Positions 1 to 7,787 of a DNA stretch of 12,450 bases are shown here, one piece after another. Within the stretch, counting starts at the first letter, position 1. The number at the start of each line of letters is the position of its first letter. Position numbers and translations under genes: made by a program. Location of the stretch: contig CAYVOC010000040.1 of NCBI GenBank assembly GCA_964453345.1, forward strand, positions 1 through 12,450, in the 5' to 3' direction. This DNA is from an uncultured Aquificales bacterium (GTDB lineage: Bacteria; Thermosulfidibacterota; Thermosulfidibacteria; Thermosulfidibacterales; Thermosulfidibacteraceae). The notes beneath the pieces are model-generated. The model saw nothing but the letters and a program-made list of their open reading frames with translations, ran no database searches and was not told the origin of the DNA.

Positions 1-7
1 CAGGCCC

Positions 8-38
8 TTGACAAAGGAGGTTAATCAAGCGATTGATT
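8..38 (+). promoter_or_regulatory. Putative sigma70-type promoter of the tetR-efflux operon (perfect -35 TTGACA at 8-13; weak -10 region at about 31-38)
   Basis: TTGACA is present at 8-13. A 17-19 bp spacer places the -10 in GATTGATT (31-38), a poor match to TATAAT that overlaps the inverted repeat. Confidence 0.45.
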
Positions 39-39
39 A
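22..39. promoter_or_regulatory. Likely TetR-family operator (palindrome TAATCAA-gcga-TTGATTA)
   Basis: Perfect 7-bp inverted repeat with a 4-bp spacer, ending 4 bp before the ATG of a TetR-family gene and overlapping the putative -10. This is the typical autoregulatory arrangement of TetR repressors. Confidence 0.75.
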
Positions 40-43
40 GTGC

Positions 44-604
44 ATGGGCCAAGGGGTTAAAGAGAGGATACTGGAGGCTGCAGAAAAGCTCTTCTTTGAA
101 AGGGGATATGAGGCAACTGGCATAAGGGATATAGCTGCGGCAGCCGGCGTCAACAGCGCCATGATTCACTACTACTTTGGGGGCAAGCGCAATCTTTATA
201 AGGAGCTGCTCTCCTCTCACCTTGATGTTCTTGCCTCCCAGATCTCCCGTATAGAGGCGGAGGATGAGAGGGAGTTCATAAAAAGATTTATGAGGCTTCA
301 CATAGAGATCCTCAGAAAAAGGGGACCCCGTCTTGCTGTTATTATGATGAGGGAGCTGAGCGCCAAGACCGAGGTCGGCAAGGAACTCTTTGACGGTTTT
401 ATGGCGGATCTTGGTGAGGTGCTTGGAAGGGTTATCTCGTCGGGCAAGGAGAAGGGGTTTTTTAGAAGGGATCTGCCGGATAGGCTGATTCTGGTTTTTT
501 TGATTCATGTTGATGCGCTTCTCGCCATAAGGTTTCCGGAAGTTGACTTGGATGAAGCGGTGGAGCTTGCATACACCCTCTTTATGAACGGGGTGGGAGA
601 ATAA
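44..604 (+). CDS. TetR/AcrR family transcriptional regulator
   Basis: 186 aa with an N-terminal TetR HTH signature (ILEAAEKLFFERGYEATGIRDIAAAAGVNSAMIHYYFGGKRNLY). First gene of an efflux operon. Confidence 0.95.
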   Translation: MGQGVKERILEAAEKLFFERGYEATGIRDIAAAAGVNSAMIHYYFGGKRNLYKELLSSHLDVLASQISRIEAEDEREFIKRFMRLHIEILRKRGPRLAVIMMRELSAKTEVGKELFDGFMADLGEVLGRVISSGKEKGFFRRDLPDRLILVFLIHVDALLAIRFPEVDLDEAVELAYTLFMNGVGE

Positions 605-606
605 CC

Positions 607-1860
607 ATGCTTGCGGTGCTGTTCGCGCTTATCTTTTGCTCTGTCTCCTTTTCACAGCAGCTTGGACTCAGGGAATCGGTTATGTATGCGCTGAAGAACA
701 ACCCTGAGATAAGGGCCTATATGGCTCAGGTGAGGATGCAGGCGGGCAGCGCTAAGCTCGTCTCTTCGGAGTTTTTCCCCACCCTTTCGTGGGAGTTTGA
801 TTATACCAGAAGCGGTGGTTCCGGTATTTCCCCTTGGGATCTCTATTCCTACTCCTTTGTGGCCGAGTGGGAGGTCTTTTCCGGCTTTGAGACGCTGAAT
901 CGGTGGAGGGCGGAGAGGATTCTGATTGAGGCCGCAAAGGGCAATCTCAGGAGGGTTATGCTTGATGTCGCCCTTGATGTGGTCAGGTTCTATTCGGAGG
1001 CCCTTGCCGCCCGATACAGGGTCGTTGCCGCCGAGCATTACGTTAAGAGTGCCGAGTATAGCTACCGGCTTGCCCTCGCCAGATACAGGGCCGGTTTGGC
1101 CCCGTGGGCCGATGTTCTTTATGCGAGGTCCAAGTTGAAGGAGGCGCGCTACAAGCTCGTGGACAGCAAGAGGGATTACGGTGTGGCCAAGGGGAATCTG
1201 GCTTCCGTTATGGGGATGGATCCGGGGAAGGTGGAGCAGGTGGAGTTGAGGGAGGTTTCCCCCGTTCTTGCTGATTTTTCCTTCAGATCCCTTGAGGAGA
1301 AAGCCGTTGAGCTTTCCCCCGAGATCAGGGCTGAAAAGAAAAGAATAGATGCTCAGAAAAAAAAGATTGCATCCGTTAAGGGAGAATATATGCCAAAGGT
1401 TTCCCTTTACGGTCAGTGGAAGAGAGAGGACGAGTCCTTGTTTCCGGATGATCGCTCGCTCTGGAGTTTGGGGGTCAGGGTAAAGCTTCCCATCTTCACG
1501 GGTTTTTCCACCCTTAGAAAGATCAGGGTTGAGAGGGCGAGGCTGCTCTCCTTCACCAGTGATCTAAGGAAGGCGGAGCTTGAGGTGAAAAGGAGGCTCT
1601 GGGAAGCGTATCAGGATTATCTGAAGGCCAAGGAGAGGCTTGTGGCCTCCAAGGAATACTGGGAGGCTTCCAAGGAGAGCTACAGGATTATGGAGAAGAA
1701 ATACCGGGTGGGGCTTGCCTCTATTGTGGATCTGGCTTCGGCGCAGGCCGATGTGTATGATGCGGAAAGCTCCTATTATAAATCGCTCACCGATGTGGTC
1801 TTTCATTATTACAGACTTGTGAGGGCTGTGGGAAGGATTCCCGTTGTTGAGGGGTTGTAG
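607..1860 (+). CDS. TolC family outer membrane efflux protein
   Basis: 417 aa with a Sec signal peptide (MLAVLFALIFCSVSFS). Two OEP-like repeats (ALKNNPEI...FPTLS...; AVELSPEI...YMPKVSL...LPIFTGF) and ARYRAGLA / KKYRVGLASIVDL motifs. Confidence 0.93.
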   Translation: MLAVLFALIFCSVSFSQQLGLRESVMYALKNNPEIRAYMAQVRMQAGSAKLVSSEFFPTLSWEFDYTRSGGSGISPWDLYSYSFVAEWEVFSGFETLNRWRAERILIEAAKGNLRRVMLDVALDVVRFYSEALAARYRVVAAEHYVKSAEYSYRLALARYRAGLAPWADVLYARSKLKEARYKLVDSKRDYGVAKGNLASVMGMDPGKVEQVELREVSPVLADFSFRSLEEKAVELSPEIRAEKKRIDAQKKKIASVKGEYMPKVSLYGQWKREDESLFPDDRSLWSLGVRVKLPIFTGFSTLRKIRVERARLLSFTSDLRKAELEVKRRLWEAYQDYLKAKERLVASKEYWEASKESYRIMEKKYRVGLASIVDLASAQADVYDAESSYYKSLTDVVFHYYRLVRAVGRIPVVEGL

Positions 1861-1861
1861 G

Positions 1862-3037
1862 ATGGTGCTGAGGCTTCTTTTGATACTTTTTTTGGTTGCG
1901 GGTTGTTCTAAGGGAAGCAGGGAGCAGTTCAAACCTAAGGGTGAGGCCAGGGTGAAGAGGGGAAGCATCACCCTTGAGGTGACGGCTACCGGTGCGGTGA
2001 AGCCGCAGGTGGGTGCGAGGATAAAGGTGGGGGCAAGGATATCCGGTAAGGTTGAGAGGCTCTTCGTTCAGTCCGGGGATCAGGTTAAGAAGGGACAGCT
2101 CATAGCGATTATAGAGCACAAGGATCTTGAGGCCAGCATGCTCAACAGAAAGCACCGGCTTGAAGCTGCAAGGCAGAAGCTTGAGAAGATAAAGGAGACC
2201 TATCCCCTCAAGATAGAGTATCAGAAAGAGAGCGTTGATAGGGCGAGATCCGAGTATGAGCTTGCGGTGAAGGATTACGAGAGAATCAAGGCTCTGTATG
2301 AGGAGGGGCTTGTTTCCCAGAAGGATATGGATGATGCCCGAAGGGATCTTGAGGTAAAGAGAGCCGCATACTTTGCCGAGAGGGCGAGGCTAAGAGAGTT
2401 GAAGAGGGAGTATGAAAGGCTTCTTAAGGAGGCCAGGGCCGAGTGTGAGGCTGCCCTTCAGGCCTATGAGGAGGCCAGGGTCAGATACAGCTACGCCTTT
2501 ATATACTCGCCCATATCGGGGGTTGTCTCTTCTGTATCCACCCAGCAGGGGGAGACGGTGGTTGCAGGGCTAAACGCTCCCACCTTCATAACCGTGGTGG
2601 ATTTGAACAGGCTGCAGGTGGATGCCTATGTGGATGAGACGGATATAGGGAAGGTGAAGCCGGGCCAGAGGGCCACCTTTGTGGTTGACGCCTACCCGGA
2701 CAAGGTCTTTGAGGGGGTGGTGGATACCATATACCCGGGGGCTATTATCAGGAACAATGTGGTCTTTTACGATGTTAAGATAGATATAAAGACCCCCTAC
2801 TACGGGCTGTTGAAGCCTGAGATGACGGCGGATGTCACTATTGAGGCCGGCAAAAGGGAGAATGTGCTTGTGGTGCCCGCCTCGGCGGTTAAGGTTGGGC
2901 TTGACGGCAGATCCTATGTGATGGTGAAGGAGAAGGGCAGGTGGGTGAAGAGACGGGTAAAGACCGGATGGGAGAGTTCGGGCAAGGTTGAGATTGTTTC
3001 GGGACTGAAGGAAGGGGAGGTGGTTGCCCTTTGGTGA
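1862..3037 (+). CDS. MacA-like periplasmic adaptor (membrane fusion protein), predicted lipoprotein
   Basis: Barrel-sandwich/lipoyl halves (VGARISGKVERLFVQSGDQVKKGQLIA; IYSPISGVVSSVSTQQGETV), long coiled coil, VDETDIGKVKPGQ, LKPEMTADV and VEIVSGLKEGEVV. Start moved from 1844 to ATG 1862 (GAGGGG RBS at 1849-1854), which gives the lipobox LVAG|C. Confidence 0.93.
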   Translation: MVLRLLLILFLVAGCSKGSREQFKPKGEARVKRGSITLEVTATGAVKPQVGARIKVGARISGKVERLFVQSGDQVKKGQLIAIIEHKDLEASMLNRKHRLEAARQKLEKIKETYPLKIEYQKESVDRARSEYELAVKDYERIKALYEEGLVSQKDMDDARRDLEVKRAAYFAERARLRELKREYERLLKEARAECEAALQAYEEARVRYSYAFIYSPISGVVSSVSTQQGETVVAGLNAPTFITVVDLNRLQVDAYVDETDIGKVKPGQRATFVVDAYPDKVFEGVVDTIYPGAIIRNNVVFYDVKIDIKTPYYGLLKPEMTADVTIEAGKRENVLVVPASAVKVGLDGRSYVMVKEKGRWVKRRVKTGWESSGKVEIVSGLKEGEVVALW

Positions 3038-3699
3038 TAGTGAGGATGAGGGGGATCAGGAAGGTTTACAGCATGGGCTCTGAGAGCTTGGAGGTGCTAA
3101 AGGGGATCGATTTTGAGGTGAAAAAGGGGGATTTTATCGCCATAATGGGGCCTTCAGGTGAGGGAAAAAGCACCCTCATGAACATTCTTGGGTGTTTGGA
3201 TAGACCCACTTCAGGCGAGTATCTCTTTGAAGGGGTGAATGTGCTCTCCCTTTCGGACAGGGAGCTTTCCAGGCTGAGAAACCGCAGGATAGGGTTCGTC
3301 TTTCAGCAGTTTCACCTTATCCCCTGGGCGACGGCCCTTGAGAATGTGCTTTTGCCCCTTGTGTATAGGGATGGGATCACGGAAGAGGGCGTGAAGAGAG
3401 CCAAGAGTCTTCTTGAGAGGCTGGGACTCGGGCACAGGATGGATTTTAAGCCGTCCCAGCTTTCTGGTGGGCAGCAGCAGAGGGTTGCCATAGCCCGCGC
3501 CCTTGTGGGGGAACCCTCCTTGATACTTGCCGATGAGCCCACGGGCAATCTCGATGCTGCATCCAGCAAAGAGGTCATGGATATATTTTCGGAACTTAAC
3601 AGGGAGGGAACCACCATAGTGATGACCACCCATGACCCCGAGACCGCAGGCTACGCTAAGACTGTCAAGCAGTTGAGAAATGGCAGGTTCGTTGAATAG
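3031..3699 (+). CDS. ABC transporter ATP-binding protein (MacB/LolD-type, stand-alone NBD)
   Basis: Walker [11 protein letters not shown]-loop FVFQQF, signature [15 protein letters not shown], Walker B/D-loop [11 protein letters not shown] and H-loop TTHD. Start is TTG 3031 or GTG 3034 (GTGA overlap with the upstream stop). Confidence 0.95.
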   Translation: MVIVRMRGIRKVYSMGSESLEVLKGIDFEVKKGDFIAIMGPSGEGKSTLMNILGCLDRPTSGEYLFEGVNVLSLSDRELSRLRNRRIGFVFQQFHLIPWATALENVLLPLVYRDGITEEGVKRAKSLLERLGLGHRMDFKPSQLSGGQQQRVAIARALVGEPSLILADEPTGNLDAASSKEVMDIFSELNREGTTIVMTTHDPETAGYAKTVKQLRNGRFVE

Positions 3700-4897
3700 G
3701 GTAAGGAGTGTCTTCAGGGAGGCTACCTCGGAGCTTTTCTCTTCAAAGTTGAGCCTTTTTTTTATGTCCTTCGGGCTTGTGGTGGGGATATGTGCAATAA
3801 CCGCCATATATTCTGTGGGGAATGGAGCCAAGATCACCGTCTATCGCATCCTTGAAAATCTCAACTTCGGGTCCAATGCCTTTTTGATTCTGGCGGGGGG
3901 AGGCAAGTTCTTCGGCCCTTCCGCCACCAGAATGGACAGATTCAAAATGAGGGATGTTCGGGATATTAAGAAGTTTGACTTTGTTGTGGATGTTTCCCCC
4001 GTTCAGCTCGGTATGATGGAGGTGTCTTCCGCCAAGGAGGCCGGGATAACCAGGGTGTTGGGGGTGTTTCCGGTTTACGCAACTGTGAACAACTGGACGG
4101 TGGCCAAGGGGAGGTTCATAAGCGATGCGGATATAAGGCTGAAGAGGAAGGTATGCGTTCTCGGGTATGAGACTGCGGAGCGGCTTTTCGGTAAGCCGGT
4201 TCTCGGCAAGAAGATAAGGGTCAACGGGGTTGCCCTTGAGGTGGTGGGAATCCTTGAGAGAAAGGGAGTGATAGGCAGTTACCATCTTGATGAGAGGGTG
4301 CTGATTCCCTTCACCACGGCAAAGGATAGAATCTTCAACAAGGACTGGATCGATGCGGCAAAGGTTCTTTTGAAGAAGGATGTTGATTTTGTGAAGGCCA
4401 AGCGGCTCATAAGGGAGCTGCTCAGAAGGAACCACAAACTTTTGCCCAACGAGGTGGACGATTTCAGGATTATAACCCCGGATCAGATAATGCGTTTTCT
4501 GACCAAAGCCACCACCACGCTTACCGCACTGCTTGTGGCCATATCCCTCATCACCCTCGTTGTGGCAGGCGTCATCATAATGAACATCATGTATGCGGTT
4601 GTGGAGGAGAAGAAAAAGATAATAGCCCTGAGGAAGGCCTACGGTGCCACCAACGGGGACATTGTTATGCACTATCTTTTCATCACGGGAATGGTGGCGC
4701 TTGTGGGCTTTGTTGCCGGGTATGGGTTGGGGAACGCCGTAACCCTTCTTGTTGCAAGCCTAAGTCCCATAGATGGCTACTACAGCCTCAGTGTGGGTGC
4801 TGTGGGGTTGCTGCTGTCTTTTGTCACCTCCGTGGGCTTCGGTATTGTGCCGGCCAGATCCGCTGCGAAGCTTCCACCTGCGGAGATCCTTAAATGA
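3680..4897 (+). CDS. ABC transporter permease (MacB/FtsX family), paralogue 1
   Basis: 405 aa with an N-terminal TM helix and a large periplasmic domain (GRFISDAD...VCVLG...IPFTTA). Three C-terminal TM helices with IMNIMYAVVEEKKKIIALRKAYGA and PARSAAKLPPAEIL. Confidence 0.92.
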   Translation: MAGSLNRVRSVFREATSELFSSKLSLFFMSFGLVVGICAITAIYSVGNGAKITVYRILENLNFGSNAFLILAGGGKFFGPSATRMDRFKMRDVRDIKKFDFVVDVSPVQLGMMEVSSAKEAGITRVLGVFPVYATVNNWTVAKGRFISDADIRLKRKVCVLGYETAERLFGKPVLGKKIRVNGVALEVVGILERKGVIGSYHLDERVLIPFTTAKDRIFNKDWIDAAKVLLKKDVDFVKAKRLIRELLRRNHKLLPNEVDDFRIITPDQIMRFLTKATTTLTALLVAISLITLVVAGVIIMNIMYAVVEEKKKIIALRKAYGATNGDIVMHYLFITGMVALVGFVAGYGLGNAVTLLVASLSPIDGYYSLSVGAVGLLLSFVTSVGFGIVPARSAAKLPPAEILK

Positions 4898-6108
4898 AAG
4901 GTTACGCCTTCAGGCTGAGATACGGGGCTCTCTTTTACAAAAAGAGGAGGCTTTTTCTTTCCATTCTGGGCGTGGTTATCGGGGTTGCGGCCATAGTGGT
5001 GATGGTTTCCGTGTCCGAGGGATCAAAGGCGAAGCTGATGAGGGAGTTTGAGACCTTCTCCCCGGATACCCTGACGGTTGTTGCCGGAAGAGTCCGCCTC
5101 AGGGGAGGGCGCCCCATAACCACCGAAAAATACACTACATTGAAACTGGAGGATGCGTGGTCCCTCGAGGGCATATTCGGGGTGGTCAGGGTGGCGCCTG
5201 TGTATGAGGGCAGTGTGGTTGCCGAGTATGGCGAGAACAGCATGAGGGTGACCGTTGTGGGAAGCACCCCTCAAATTTTCGCCATAAGAAGGTATAAAAT
5301 GGCCTACGGCAGGATCTTCACCTATGCAGAGGCCATGAAGAACGGGAAGGTGGCGGTTATAGGGTATAAGGTCTGTCAGGAGCTGTTTGGCTGCAGGGAT
5401 CCCGTAGGGAAGAGGATCAGAATAAGGAAGCTGCCCTTTCTCGTTGTGGGGGTCATGGAGAAGATGGGAACCGATGCGAGCGGCAGGGATCTGGACAGCC
5501 AGATCATAATACCTATAAGTTCTGCCACCAACAGGGTTTTCAATGTTGATCACATATCCTCCATCTTTGTTCAGGTGGCCTCTGAACTCTTTCTGCAGGA
5601 TGTCTCCGATAATGTGGCCAGAATACTTAGAAAGAGGCACGGGATAAGAAAGGGCTTCCCTGATGATTTTTCTGTGCTCAAGGCCGAGGAGATTTTGAAA
5701 AACAAAGAGCGATCGGCCATGATCTTTTCCATCTTCACAATAAGCATAGCTTTTATCTCAATAATTGTTGGGTCCTTCGGGGTTATGGCGGTTATGATCC
5801 TTTCTGTCAGGGAGAGAACGGTGGAGGTGGGCCTGAGGAAGGCCCTGGGAGCCACGGAATTTGATATAGTTAAACAGTTCCTCCAGGAGTCAGCTGTTAT
5901 AACTCTGTTTGGTGGAATTGCAGGATCGGTGCTGGGGATAATGATGAGTTTTGTTGCATCAAAATTATTTAAGTATCCCTTTGTGCTGTCTCCCATCTAT
6001 CTTTTGCTTTCCCTTCTTATTGTTGTTGCCCTTGGAATTGTTGCGGGAATATACCCCGCCAGGAAGGCTTCAAAGGTTGATCCCGTGGTCAGCTTGCGGG
6101 GAAGTTGA
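4894..6108 (+). CDS. ABC transporter permease (MacB/FtsX family), paralogue 2
   Basis: 404 aa. LSILGVVIGVAAIVVMVSV, SVRERTVEVGLRKALGA and GIYPARKASKVDPVVSLR are canonical MacB motifs. ATGA overlap with the previous gene. Confidence 0.94.
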   Translation: MKGYAFRLRYGALFYKKRRLFLSILGVVIGVAAIVVMVSVSEGSKAKLMREFETFSPDTLTVVAGRVRLRGGRPITTEKYTTLKLEDAWSLEGIFGVVRVAPVYEGSVVAEYGENSMRVTVVGSTPQIFAIRRYKMAYGRIFTYAEAMKNGKVAVIGYKVCQELFGCRDPVGKRIRIRKLPFLVVGVMEKMGTDASGRDLDSQIIIPISSATNRVFNVDHISSIFVQVASELFLQDVSDNVARILRKRHGIRKGFPDDFSVLKAEEILKNKERSAMIFSIFTISIAFISIIVGSFGVMAVMILSVRERTVEVGLRKALGATEFDIVKQFLQESAVITLFGGIAGSVLGIMMSFVASKLFKYPFVLSPIYLLLSLLIVVALGIVAGIYPARKASKVDPVVSLRGS

Positions 6109-6133
6109 AAAATTTTCCCATCTCCTTTATAGG
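6105..6133 (+). promoter_or_regulatory. Possible internal sigma70-type promoter for the lactate permease gene (TTGAAA-N17-TATAGG)
   Basis: TTGAAA at 6105-6110 and TATAGG at 6128-6133 are separated by exactly 17 bp, in the AT-rich gap upstream of the permease. Confidence 0.4.
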
Positions 6134-6166
6134 GTTATCCAAAATTTTGTGGAGGGGAGGAGATGG
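6118..6166 (+). promoter_or_regulatory. Potential anti-RBS RNA stem sequestering the Shine-Dalgarno and start codon of the permease
   Basis: CCATCTCCT (6118-6126) is the exact reverse complement of AGGAGATGG (6158-6166, which includes ATG 6163). The stem extends by two G-U pairs. Confidence 0.45.
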
Positions 6167-7746
6167 ATTTCGTTCTGGCAATTTTACCCATACTCATTGT
6201 CCTTATTGGTATGCTTATCTTTTCCCGTTCAGGGACCTTTATGGCTGTTGTGGGCTGGGTGTTGTCTGTGATCGTTGCGGTGACCTATTTTAAAACACCG
6301 CTTAATGTCGCCTTAGGTGCCAGTGCCATGGGAATCATAAAGGCACTGGGGATAACCTTGGCCGTTATTTTCACCATGTTCTTGATCTTTTTGATGAAGG
6401 AGACGGGTGCTCTGGCCAGGATAATCCAGTATGTCCAGGGAATCGCCAGAACCAAGGAGGAGCAGGCCCTTTTCGTTGGCATGGGCTTTGGTTCTCTGGC
6501 GACGGCCCTTGGAATGGTCACCCCGGCCATGTTTCCCCCCATATTTTTGATGCTCGGCTTTTCTCCCATAGCCGCAATCGGTATCTCGGTTCTGTGCTAC
6601 GATCCGCTGACCTCCTTCGCCCTCTTCTCCATCCCGGTTACCCTGCCGGCCAAGGTTGCATGGGGTCCCTTTGGGATAAGGCCTCCCGGTATATCCAACC
6701 TGAATGAGTTTATCTGGGTCTTCACCCATAAGATAACCGTCTTTCTCCCGCCGATCTCCGTTTGCTTCGCCCTGCTTATGCTATACACCATAGAGGGAAA
6801 GGAGTCTGTTAAGAGGCACTGGAAGGCTGCGGTTATATCGGGTCTGGTTCTTTCCCTTACCGCCTATGTGATTGCGGCCTTCAGGATACTGCCGGTCGAG
6901 GTTATTGGTATAGTGTCCGGTCTGGTCACCATGCTTGTGGTCTATCTTATGTTTTCCAGGAACGGCAAAAAGGAGGAGGTTCCGGGTTCAGGCTGGGATG
7001 AGGAGCTGATCGTTGCCATGTCTCCCCTGATTCTGTTGGTGGTCTTCTCGCTTATAGTGAACATCCCCGGCATAAAGAAGTATCTTGCGGGTGTGCTGGG
7101 GCAGGCGGAGGTTATCAGGGTTATTGCCAACAAGAAGGCGGATCTCAACGTCTTCGCCAATGTCTGGTTCTGGATTCTGGTTACATCCCTCATCTCCATA
7201 GTCATTCTCAGGCCCACCTCCGAGCAGCTCAGCAACACCTTTAAGGTCTGGTTCCAGAGGATATGGGGACCCTTCATAGCCTACTCCCTCTTTTTCGCAG
7301 TTGCCTTTGTTATGGCCTGGTCCGCCATGGAGGTGGTGAACGGCAAGCTCGTTCCCGGTCCCCACTTTGCCGATTACAACATGGACAGGATCATCGGCGT
7401 CACCCTTGCAAAGGTTTTCGGCAAATTCTACGCTTTCCTGGCTCCCTTCTTGGGGCTTTTCGGTGCCTTTGTGGGAGGAAGCGAGACCGCCTCAAATGTG
7501 CTCTTTGCCAAGATACAGTTTGAGGCCACCAAGATGACCTTGGGGCCTCAGGCCTTCATGTGGATATTTGCGGCCCATGCCGTGGGTGGAGGTATAGCGA
7601 GCGCCATAACCCCCTCTAAGATCACCAACGCTGCAGCCACCATAGGCGTGAAGGGCTCTGAGGAGGCGAAGCTGCTAAAGGTAGTCTTGTTGCCGGTTCT
7701 GCTCATGTGCGTTATAGTAGGTGCGCTGGTGCTGGTTTTCGTTTAA
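6163..7746 (+). CDS. lctP: L-lactate permease (LctP/LldP family), divergent
   Basis: 527 aa and very hydrophobic. N-terminal LAILPILIVLIGM and C-terminal family motifs (APFLGLFGAFVGGSETASNVLFAKIQ; AAHAVGGGIASAITPSKITNAAATIGVKGSE). Strong GGAGG RBS. Substrate not certain. Confidence 0.8.
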   Translation: MDFVLAILPILIVLIGMLIFSRSGTFMAVVGWVLSVIVAVTYFKTPLNVALGASAMGIIKALGITLAVIFTMFLIFLMKETGALARIIQYVQGIARTKEEQALFVGMGFGSLATALGMVTPAMFPPIFLMLGFSPIAAIGISVLCYDPLTSFALFSIPVTLPAKVAWGPFGIRPPGISNLNEFIWVFTHKITVFLPPISVCFALLMLYTIEGKESVKRHWKAAVISGLVLSLTAYVIAAFRILPVEVIGIVSGLVTMLVVYLMFSRNGKKEEVPGSGWDEELIVAMSPLILLVVFSLIVNIPGIKKYLAGVLGQAEVIRVIANKKADLNVFANVWFWILVTSLISIVILRPTSEQLSNTFKVWFQRIWGPFIAYSLFFAVAFVMAWSAMEVVNGKLVPGPHFADYNMDRIIGVTLAKVFGKFYAFLAPFLGLFGAFVGGSETASNVLFAKIQFEATKMTLGPQAFMWIFAAHAVGGGIASAITPSKITNAAATIGVKGSEEAKLLKVVLLPVLLMCVIVGALVLVFV

Positions 7747-7770
7747 GTGCAGGCTGTTTTCTCCCGATTG
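7744..7770 (+). promoter_or_regulatory. Possible sigma28 (FliA)-like promoter upstream of pseB
   Basis: TAAG-N15-CCCGATTG compared with the consensus TAAA-N15-GCCGATAA. Spacing is exact and the core CCGAT is retained, but there are several mismatches. Confidence 0.3.
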
Positions 7771-7787
7771 TTTACTGAGGGGGTTTG

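Noticed and set aside
797-803. TTGATTA half-site matching the TetR operator inside tolC
   Set aside because: It is a single 7-mer with no partner half-site, which is expected by chance.
1844-1861. TTG start at 1844 given for the adaptor protein
   Set aside because: ATG 1862 has a suitably spaced RBS, avoids overlap with tolC and yields a clean lipoprotein signal peptide.
3148-3174. Walker A reads GPSGEGKST rather than the usual GPSGSGKST
   Set aside because: The Glu is at a variable position of GxxGxGKS/T and all other ATPase motifs are intact, so there is no evidence of inactivation.
1357-3763. Homopolymer runs (A8 at 1357-1364, T7 at 1887-1893, T8 at 3756-3763) as possible phase-variation tracts
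   Set aside because: They are short A/T runs explained by Lys/Phe codons, all reading frames are intact, and there are no long poly-G/C tracts in the pse genes.
3743-4672. 309-aa minus-strand ORF, and the other antisense ORFs (e.g. 3211-3837, 5023-5640, 8163-8909, 11306-11905)
   Set aside because: They lie wholly or almost wholly opposite well-supported plus-strand genes. They have the His/Pro/Leu-rich composition typical of antisense shadows and no recognisable motifs.
5690-6400. Visibly more AT/T-rich stretch suggesting a foreign insertion or junction
   Set aside because: It coincides with transmembrane-helix codons and an intergenic promoter region. There are no direct repeats, IS ends or broken genes, and composition was judged only by eye.
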